DNA of 64,000 nt from an uncultured Nitrospiraceae bacterium (GTDB taxonomy: Bacteria > Nitrospirota > Nitrospiria > Nitrospirales > Nitrospiraceae), in assembly GCA_963706325.1 (NCBI GenBank), contig CAVPLT010000005.1:128001-192000 (forward strand), read 5' to 3'. Numbering within the stretch: position 1 is the stretch's first letter; the number at the start of each line of letters is the position of its first letter. Below, one piece after another: positions 21,161 to 29,227 of this stretch. The position numbers and the translations under genes are program-made. The notes beneath the pieces were generated by a model. The model saw nothing but the letters and a program-made list of their open reading frames with translations. It made no database searches and had not been told where the DNA came from.

Positions 21161-21724
21161 TCAGTCGCCGTCCTTGATGCCTGAACAGCTCGCTCCGAGC
21201 CAACGGCCCTTGATGTCAATGTGAACTGTGCCTGATCCTGAGCGCTCCATGTCGATGTTCGCCACGATCGTCTCGGGCGTTTGGGCTTCCATGGTCATGT
21301 GAGTGACGGAGGCGCGGGGTGGAGGGCACGAGCGTTCAATCACCAGTTTTCCTGCCGATTTTGAGAGCACTTTGGTTGCGCATTCAGACTGATCCTCGGC
21401 CTCCTCTCCCTTAATGATGCGGTTCTGATCCAGGTCTTCTTTGGTTACGCAGGACGTTATCGCACGGCTGCCGGCTTTGCCGGTTCGGGCTTGCATCGCT
21501 CGCTCGAAGTTGGCTCGTTGTTCAGGGGCCATCTTGGCCAGCACATCAGACGGCACGGGCATGCCGCTCGACAGGCCCGTATGGGTCATTTCCCAGGCGC
21601 CGGGCTTTGCGTTGAAGGAATCGGCCTGCGCGCCGGACTCCATACCTGGAAGAAGAGAGTTTAGTATCAGCCCAAACGTCGCTATGAAAATGAAGCCGCC
21701 AGGCATGGAAATCGTTCTGCTCAT
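21161..21724 (-). CDS. Exported DUF3617-like protein
   Basis: Signal peptide, KPGAWEMT, SCVT, C-terminal GRWLGASC; AGGAGGAG RBS. Confidence 0.75.
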   Translation of the reverse strand: MSRTISMPGGFIFIATFGLILNSLLPGMESGAQADSFNAKPGAWEMTHTGLSSGMPVPSDVLAKMAPEQRANFERAMQARTGKAGSRAITSCVTKEDLDQNRIIKGEEAEDQSECATKVLSKSAGKLVIERSCPPPRASVTHMTMEAQTPETIVANIDMERSGSGTVHIDIKGRWLGASCSGIKDGD

Positions 21725-21968
21725 CGTCGTATCTCCTCCTGTGGGCGCGCGACTGGCGCATGCACATCCGTAAGGCCGGATCATACGCGCTTAAAGCGGG
21801 TAAATCACGTGATCCATGACAGTGGGCTACTGACCGCCCGGCACCATAACAGTCAGAGTCCGTGGACAGAATCGGCAAAGTAGGCGGACGCAATCTCGCT
21901 TTATCCGGTTCATGGGGGTAAGATTTCTAGAGCGACAGTGAGAGTCCGTGAACAGAAATGGAGGCGGC

Positions 21969-22568
21969 ATGATGAAGGGGAGAGGCTTTTGGATCGGACT
22001 TGTGCTTGGCGCTCTCTCGATGGGCGTTTGGGGCCAGTGGGGGCCCGCCATCGCCAGCAAGGTGGCGAACCCGTCCGCGTGCATCCCAGCCGGAGCGGTG
22101 GCCGACTACCTTCATAACGTGATTCAAGCGGATCGAACGTTTTACACCACGGACGTGGTCGAGCGGATGCAGATGCGCGGCATTGTCTTTGCCGCGGAAA
22201 ATTGGCGAGAGAGTTCGCGACTTCCGCTTCCGGCCCAGTTCTTGTCGGAAGCAGGTCGCATCGTGTCCGCAGGACGCAGCGGCCTTCGATACCGATTGAT
22301 CAGCAATTGGGCGATCAATAATAAGAATAGCCCGTCTACCGATTTCGAGCGGATCGGTCTCACGGAGATTCTTGTGAATCCCGATCACCCCTATACGGCA
22401 GTGACGCAAGAGGGTGGAGCATCCCTCTTTCAAGCGCTGTATGCAGATACAGCCGTGTCTCAGTCCTGCGTGGGGTGCCATAACGCACATCCCAATAGCC
22501 CGAAGAAGGATTTTAAACCGCAGGACGTGATGGGCGGCATCCTGTTGACCATTCCGCTACCGCAATAG
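21969..22568 (+). CDS. DUF3365 / Tll0287-like c-type heme protein
   Basis: N-terminal TM/signal; LPLPAQF, YRLIS..AIN..N.P..DFE, CVGCH heme motif, DVMGG. Confidence 0.85.
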   Translation: MMKGRGFWIGLVLGALSMGVWGQWGPAIASKVANPSACIPAGAVADYLHNVIQADRTFYTTDVVERMQMRGIVFAAENWRESSRLPLPAQFLSEAGRIVSAGRSGLRYRLISNWAINNKNSPSTDFERIGLTEILVNPDHPYTAVTQEGGASLFQALYADTAVSQSCVGCHNAHPNSPKKDFKPQDVMGGILLTIPLPQ

Positions 22569-22691
22569 GAGCCGTGATCAAAGGTTTTCACGACCGCATT
22601 GCTGGGGAAAAGTGGAGGAAGGATGACCTTACACGAGCATCTAGCTGGAAGCCGACGTGGTGCGGTGATAAGCCCCTTTCCAGTGCGAGCC

Positions 22692-23036
22692 TCAACGATT
22701 CGACGATGAATCATTGCCTACAACCGTCGTGGATGGCACAACCGCAGGGGGACGGTGCCCACGATTGTTCCGTTTCTGTCGGCGCCGGTCCAGCCACCAG
22801 GCCAGGAGAGGGAACAGGACGAAGGAGCCCGGAGCCATCAAGGCAAGGAGGTAGGGACTGAGGGACGTGAGCGTGACTAGATATCCTTGAAGCTGGGCCC
22901 GCTCAGCAGGTGTCCATCTGCTGCCGTTGCGTTGTTTCATTACCAAGGGCAGCAATCCTTGAATGCCCTGCATCTCAACCCTGATTCGATCCCGCTCGCG
23001 GATGAGGGGAGCATGAAAATACGAGAAAGGCTTCAT
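22692..23036 (-). CDS. Hypothetical membrane-associated protein
   Basis: 114 aa; GLLPLVMKQRNG..WT..E and a hydrophobic PGSFVLFPLLAWWLDRRR segment; AAGGA RBS. Confidence 0.6.
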   Translation of the reverse strand: MKPFSYFHAPLIRERDRIRVEMQGIQGLLPLVMKQRNGSRWTPAERAQLQGYLVTLTSLSPYLLALMAPGSFVLFPLLAWWLDRRRQKRNNRGHRPPAVVPSTTVVGNDSSSNR

Positions 23037-23609
23037 GGGAATCCTTGTTACCAGCAGACCGGACAGGTCTTTGTGTGAGCATGAGCGGGAACATCTACGT
23101 CAGGCTGTCTGAGCTGCCTGTCCTGGACGGAAGAAATTAACGGAGCGAGAGCTGTAGCCGGTCTCCCACGCGAGGACCGGAGCATTCATGGGTCGGACGC
23201 ACATATTCTTAGCCGAGTGTCAGGCTGAGAAGGCCTTACAGCCCCCATGCGAAAGCCGATCTTCCGATACCTTCGATGCGTGGCTTAGGTATCGCATCCG
23301 GCACCGAAGAGTACGCAGGAGCGCAAGGGGTGTCAACTGAGGATGAAAATACGGCACGGATTTGGTTGGCGAGAGAGTGAGCCGCCCCTAACCTCCAAGC
23401 GGACCAAACCAAGCTCACCCTTGTGAAGAGGTTACCGCCCCCAACCACTTGGCTGGATGAAAGCCGTCGTGCGGGATGTCGGACTGCCATGGGACGCGAC
23501 ATGGGAACCCGGACTTCATTTCCATCAGTTCATAAAATTGACTCCCAATCCCATCCAGTCAGGAAACAGGCATGGTCCACGAGCCCTTGGTTTGGTACAG
23601 TCGGTTTCC

Positions 23610-24350
23610 ATGATGCGTTTGGTTCGATCCTTCATCGTTCCCGCGTTGGCCTGCCTCGGCTTGATCCTCTCGCCGGCGGCGGCCGTTTCTGCCGCTGACC
23701 GGGAATTTCCAGCCATCCTTCCTGATCCTCGGGCCGACGATTGGTGGATATCGCAACACGAAGCTCGATTGGCACGTGTGCGGCAGGGGAACGTCGATCT
23801 CCTCATGATCGGAGATTCCATCACGCAGGGATGGAGCAGCGATGGAAAGCGGGTGTGGGACACCTACTATGAACATCGCCGGGCGGTGAATCTCGGGGTC
23901 AATGGCGACGGGACGGAGCATGTCTTGTGGCGGCTTCAACAGGGGGAGATTGAGGGAATCAGCCCGAAGGTGGCGGTGGTCATGATCGGCACCAACAACA
24001 GCGCCACGCGCAAGGATCCACCCGAGCAGACGGCCGCTGGAGTCCAGGCTATTCTGACGGTCTTGCGCGCGCGTTTACCTGAGACGAAGATTCTCCTGCT
24101 GGGGATTTTCCCGCGAGGCGCATCCGCGACCGATCCACTTCGCCGCTTAAACGGCGCGATCAATGATCGCCTGCGACACTTCGCCGATGGTCAGCATGTG
24201 TTCTATTTGGACATCGGCCATTTGTTCCTCAATCCAAAGGGGCGACTAAAACCGGACCTCATGCCGGATCTTCTGCATCCCAGTGAGCGGGGCTATCGGG
24301 TGTGGGCCGAAGGTATGGAAGCGCGGCTCAGGGTGCTGCTGGGTGAGTGA
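23610..24350 (+). CDS. GDSL/SGNH hydrolase (PAF-acetylhydrolase IB-like), exported
   Basis: GDSITQGW, IGTNN, DLLHP catalytic blocks; signal peptide from ATG 23610. Confidence 0.9.
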   Translation: MMRLVRSFIVPALACLGLILSPAAAVSAADREFPAILPDPRADDWWISQHEARLARVRQGNVDLLMIGDSITQGWSSDGKRVWDTYYEHRRAVNLGVNGDGTEHVLWRLQQGEIEGISPKVAVVMIGTNNSATRKDPPEQTAAGVQAILTVLRARLPETKILLLGIFPRGASATDPLRRLNGAINDRLRHFADGQHVFYLDIGHLFLNPKGRLKPDLMPDLLHPSERGYRVWAEGMEARLRVLLGE

Positions 24351-24389
24351 GGAGGAGTCGCACGTTGAGGCTCTTGCCATTGTGAGTGC

Positions 24390-24665
24390 AGAAACGCCCT
24401 GTTAGCGACCGCGAACGCCTGGTCCACAATATCTGCGGGCCTATGTTTGACGGTTATGCTCGCCGGGTCCTTGTTGAGAAAGTTGTCACCACTCCAACTC
24501 TTCGACGGTCTGATGCGCTGGGATCGAGCTCGGGCAGACATTGCCCCACACCTGCTCCACGCCGGCAGCACAGAACGTACATTGAGTAGGGGCACGTGCC
24601 TGCTTCAGGTGAGTCGGGTGGCTCGGTCTGTTGCGCTACTCGCAGGTAGGCCTGATTTCCAGCGT
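24390..24665 (-). pseudogene. Decayed DUF1272-family gene copy
   Basis: ACG (lost ATG)-LEIRPTCE-stop; frameshifted QCTFCAAGVEQVWGNVCP; then RPSKSWSGDNFLNKDPASITVKHRPAD. Confidence 0.75.
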
Positions 24666-24940
24666 GCGGATCCTTTTAGGTGAAGCGCAGTCTACGGCAA
24701 AGTCGGAAAAGTGGATACCACTGCGGAGGCGGGGAGGGGCATTGTGCGAGGAGGGGAGTAATAAGCGGAGAGAGTCGCGCCGCCGTGCATTGTGTAATGG
24801 TCGGTTCCTCTCGCTTCTGGCGGCCTGCGCCCGGGTCGTCATACCAGTCAGCACATCGGTTGACCGAGGTTTGGCGTGGGCGTAACATCAAACCGTAAAC
24901 CGTGAACGGTCCTATCCCATTCGCATGGGAGGAAGCTGTT

Positions 24941-25186
24941 GTGGAGAACGACGCCCAGGATCAGCCCGTCCTCAAATACATTCAGAACCTGGCCGCAGAG
25001 GAACACCGATTGTACGAGCAAGGGACACTTCCTAAGGTCGATCGTAAGCGGCTCGCGCAAATCCAGGTCGAACTGGATCAGTGCTGGGATTTCTTGCGCC
25101 AGCGACGCGCTCTTCGTGACGTCGGGCTTGACCCGGACGATGCGGAGGTTCGCCCGCCACAGGTCGTCGAGAATTATGAGCAGTAG
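24941..25186 (+). CDS. DUF2630-family protein
   Basis: I..LAAEEH.L...LDQCWDFLRQRRA...DPD.A.VRP..VVENYEQ; GGGAGG RBS before GTG. Confidence 0.85.
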   Translation: MENDAQDQPVLKYIQNLAAEEHRLYEQGTLPKVDRKRLAQIQVELDQCWDFLRQRRALRDVGLDPDDAEVRPPQVVENYEQ

Positions 25187-25374
25187 GGATTCCTCGGCAC
25201 CGAGTGGACGAGAGTTGGTGCGTACCGCTCTTGAGTGATCCGACAGCAACTCTGATCGCTGTCTCGGCGTGTTTGATACCTCTGCCTTTGTACAGAGACC
25301 CTCGCAGCGATCTGAAAGCCGAGCCGCCACGCGCCGAGAAATGCGTGATTGCAAGACCTGACCCTCACTCTTGT

Positions 25375-25504
25375 GGACATTGCGTAAGACCGACTCCACG
25401 CATGCGGGACAGAACGTACATTCATAGGAGCAGATGCGTGCCTCACGTGAGTCGGGTGGCAGCGTTTTGTTGCAGTGCTCGCAGGTCGGCCTGAGTTCCA
25501 GCAT
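25375..25504 (-). pseudogene. 5' half of a DUF1272-family gene, truncated
   Basis: MLELRPTCEHCNKTLPPDSREARICSYECTFCPACVESVLRNV then unrelated sequence in place of CPNCGG. Confidence 0.8.
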
Positions 25505-25665
25505 GGCGGTTCCCTTAATCCGGAGTGGCTCACGAATCAGTTTGCTGTGGCCAAGTCTAGCGCAAAGCGGAAGGCGTATCCATTATTGCGGAGGCGATGG
25601 GGAAAGGGGGTGTGCGAGGAAGAGGCCGGAGCGCCATGGACCGCGAAATGATTCCTTGCGCCGAT

Positions 25666-27303
25666 TCATTTCTGCTCTGTCTTTAGGGCACTTGCTCTCT
25701 GTTGGTCAGCTACTATGCTGTAAACACTTCGTTCGCAGTATATTTCGCTCAGCTCATTTTGAGTAAGGTTATTCAGCTCGGTGAAGTCCGACGCGTTTGT
25801 CATCCATTCAAGAAGCTTTTCTTTCGGCGTGTTCTTATAGCTTTCGTACATGAAGTCGAATAGCTCCAGTGGTGTTTTTGTCTTTCGTCCTTGTTGAAGG
25901 TGCACACCAAAGAATGTGTCAGGGAACTTCTTGTAGTCGTCTAGTTCCGCCTGAGACATGGGCGCTCTGCAGATCCATCCATTTTCGTATCCTAAAAACA
26001 TTTCACCACTACTAGGATCCACAGTCGCCGTCGTTAACCGAGCAGGAACTTCCTTGCCGTCGGGCCCAGGTGCCATATAGGTCTGGCCGATCTGAATGCG
26101 AGGCAGCTGACAATCCGAAAACGCTACTGAGGGCAGTTCGCCGTCGAAAGTTGATGGGATATGGGAGTGTTTTTCAATAGATCGCATCAAATCAAATATC
26201 TCGACGTGTTTCTCTCGTGCTCGCAATGCCGCTCTGATGGATGGGAAAGCCGCCCCGAGGAAATTCGATATCTTGAAACCATAAAAGGTTGCGACCATAT
26301 GTGTTAGGGAGCTTTCAGGGAAGTAATGGTCAGATATATTAGTTAAGCAGACGTAAGCAGGTGGCGCCGGATGATTCGCGATCTTCAGGCGAGCCTCTGC
26401 GCTCTTGAGGAGGTATTCAGCACGTTTAATCAATCGTTCGGCTTGCTTCTCTGAGCTAATTGGGTAATTCAGATCGAGGAATACCAGTCTGGCGTGGTCT
26501 GCCCTTTTTTCTAACGCCTCTCTCAACTGACGGCCGATATTAAACCTCCTTGGCCCTTGGTTGCTTGCCCCAGGGTTTCTGGATTTCGCTTCTACTGAGA
26601 ACTTCTTATTAGACCTAGGGTAAGTTGCGGTGAACTCACAATGGGAGCTTGATCTATCAGATTCATTCTCAAATTCAAGTTCGAAACCTGCCTTAATCAA
26701 CCATGCTGCGACCTGGGTTTCAAAGAAAGCGCCAGGGAAGTTGTCTTCATTTCGCAGCCTAGCCAGAAGGCGTGTTTGGATATCTGAACCGTTGTGGGCA
26801 ATCAGATAGAGGTTGTATGCGAGTCGATAATAAGCAGATGCGGCTCCGGTCATTGGGGACGAAAAAACATTGCCTGCTTGTATTATGTGCTCGCGTTGTA
26901 AGGTGCAGACATTGTGGTACCATCTGAGAATGGGATGACGTTCGGCGAACGATTTCTTTAGTTCGGTATTTCCCCATTCCTCGCCTAGAGCACGCTTGAT
27001 GTAATCGCCAAGAAAGTCGTGGAAGGTCTTCCACTTGCCATAATGTACTTTGCTGCCGACCGCTACAAATCGATAGCCCTGAAATTCAGCTGAGATAATT
27101 GGCCGTCCAAGCCCTTGCTGCTGTTGGCGCTGAATCTCTTTCGCCTGCTTTTGTTCAAGGAGGCGTTTGCCCTCTTCTTCGATGCTCTTTTCAATGCGTG
27201 CCTGCTGGAAGAGAAATGGAAGTTCAAAACGATAATTGTTGTGACATTTTTTGAACTTACGTCCGCTACCACAAGGGCAAGGGTCGTTTCTTCCAATCTT
27301 CAT
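25666..27303 (-). CDS. SEC-C motif protein with putative restriction-endonuclease-like domain; AT-richer than the flanks
   Basis: IGRNDPCPCGSGRKFKKCH; internal FFETQVA...HCEF...VEAKSR. Confidence 0.8.
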   Translation of the reverse strand: MKIGRNDPCPCGSGRKFKKCHNNYRFELPFLFQQARIEKSIEEEGKRLLEQKQAKEIQRQQQQGLGRPIISAEFQGYRFVAVGSKVHYGKWKTFHDFLGDYIKRALGEEWGNTELKKSFAERHPILRWYHNVCTLQREHIIQAGNVFSSPMTGAASAYYRLAYNLYLIAHNGSDIQTRLLARLRNEDNFPGAFFETQVAAWLIKAGFELEFENESDRSSSHCEFTATYPRSNKKFSVEAKSRNPGASNQGPRRFNIGRQLREALEKRADHARLVFLDLNYPISSEKQAERLIKRAEYLLKSAEARLKIANHPAPPAYVCLTNISDHYFPESSLTHMVATFYGFKISNFLGAAFPSIRAALRAREKHVEIFDLMRSIEKHSHIPSTFDGELPSVAFSDCQLPRIQIGQTYMAPGPDGKEVPARLTTATVDPSSGEMFLGYENGWICRAPMSQAELDDYKKFPDTFFGVHLQQGRKTKTPLELFDFMYESYKNTPKEKLLEWMTNASDFTELNNLTQNELSEIYCERSVYSIVADQQRASALKTEQK

Positions 27304-27801
27304 TAAGTATCCTGGCAATTAAGATTATGTGGTCATTCTACTTTTTCAAAGTCGTTCTGGTCCATGCGTGCCTCGGCACAGGCGCCTTATTCCTCTCTCA
27401 CCTATCTGACGGGAGAGGGCCAGCTCCTTGAGCGGCCGGCGGACTTTGCGGCTTGCTTCTCCATCCCGATCGGGTGGCACCTTCGCCTGGGATCCCTCAC
27501 TCGTAGAGGTGGTCCCGACACTGGGCGGGGGTGCGAGTACGTGAGGGCTGGCGAGCGATAGGGAATCGCCAGGCCAGCGGCTTCCTTTCCCCTGCTGGAA
27601 ACCCCTGAGCTGATGTAGTTGGCTACTGTACCCCCTAGTCGATACCGCATTTCCCCTGTCCCCTTCGCCCCATCTCACCAACCCTTCCTAGGCCCTCTTC
27701 TCATGGCTGGTTGCATTGATTGTGCGCGAAGGGGTGTCGTAGAATTAGCCGGTAGATATCGGCTCGTGACACAGGGTGCTCCCTCAACCGAAAGGCTGCA
27801 G

Positions 27802-28906
27802 GTGAAAACGGTCGCCACGCTCCCACGGCCCATCACTGACTATCAATCGCTGTCGGCCGAAGAACTCTTCGAACGGACTCGTGCGGCAAAACGCACCCTC
27901 GGCGATCGTGTGATGATTCTGGGGCACAACTATCAGCGGGACGAAGTGATCCAGCATGCCGATTTTCGCGGCGATTCCCTGATCCTGTCGCAACTGGCCG
28001 AGCAAAAATCCGATCGGCCCTACGTGGTCTTCTGCGGCGTGCACTTCATGGCCGAAACCGCCGATGTGTTGAGCCGGTCCAATCAAACCGTCATTCTCCC
28101 AGACATGGCAGCCGGCTGCTCCATGGCCGACATGGCCGCCATTGAACAGGTCGAACAGTGTTGGGATGCGCTCGGACGGATCGTGCCGGTCGAGGAGACA
28201 GTCATGCCGGCGGTCTATGTAAATTCAGCGGCAGTCTTGAAAGCCTTTTGTGGGGAGCATGGCGGGCTCACCTGCACATCCTCCAACGCGCGCAAGGTCA
28301 TCGAATGGAGCTGGGCGCGCCGCGAGAAGATCCTTGTTTTTCCCGGATGAACATTTGGGCCGCAATACGGCCAACAAGATGGGCATTCCTCGCGAGCAGA
28401 TGATCGTCTGGGATCCATTCATGCCGCGCGGCGGCAATTCCGTGGAGGCGATCCAGCGGTCGAAACTGATCTTGTGGAAGGGCCATTGCAGCGTGCACCA
28501 GATGTTTCAACCGTCGCACGTCGACAATTTCCGCAAGCAATACCAGGACGTGAAGGTGATCGTCCATCCGGAATGCCATGAAGATGTAGTCAATAAGGCC
28601 GACCTGGTCGGTTCGACGGAATTCATCATCCGAACGATCACGGCGGCTCCGGCAGGTACTACTTGGGCGGTCGGGACAGAACTCAATTTGGTCAACCGGC
28701 TGAAGCATGAACAGACCGACAAGAAAGTGTTTTTCCTCTCCTCCACCGTCTGTCAATGCGCCACCATGTATCGCATCGACGCTCCTCACCTCTGTTGGGC
28801 GCTGGAAAACCTGGTTGACGGTCATGTCGTGAATCACATCGTGGTCCCGGACGATGAAAAGCAGTGGGCGAAGGTTGCGCTGGACCGCATGATGGCGCTC
28901 AGTTAG
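27802..28906 (+). pseudogene. nadA: Quinolinate synthase split by a +1 frameshift near 28331-28350
   Basis: Frame 1: ILGHNYQ, FCGVHFMAE, AGCSMA, CTSSNA; frame 2: FFPDEHLGRN, GHCSVH, HPEC, CQCATM; may be a sequencing error. Confidence 0.85.
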
Positions 28907-29032
28907 CGGGATGGTGAAAATCGCTTCCAACTGCGTTCTCGCATCGCTCCAAAGCTCGACGTACCGCAAGCTTACGCCTCGCATTCTCGCTCGCTGCGGC
29001 CTTACCGGAAGACGCTTTTGACGATCCCGCAA
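28904..29032 (+). repeat. Palindromic element copy
   Basis: TAGCGGGATGGTGAAAA ... CGTAC-CGCAAGC-TTACG ... TTTTGACGATCCCGC; starts at the nadA stop codon. Confidence 0.8.
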
Positions 29033-29227
29033 GAATTGCTAAGCGTCATAACTCGGTTTGAGGTGCCGCCGGCTCATCGCCTCACCGGCATTCGAGAGCA
29101 CTCAGAATATTGGGCCTGCGCGGTCTAGGCCGCAACAAACCACTGGTTCCTCTCGCCTCGTTTCGGTATAGTCCTCTCTTTACGCGCACTTCATTCAAAA
29201 TTTCGCTCCGTTCGACTGATCGCACCG

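Noticed and set aside
24848..25504. 218-aa ORF as a full gene
   Set aside because: Only the first ~43 codons are DUF1272-like; the rest is read-through antisense to the DUF2630 gene.
27750..27801. Possible NAD riboswitch upstream of nadA
   Set aside because: Leader after the likely TAGAAT -10 is only ~45 nt and I cannot match the motif; an Rfam search would be needed.
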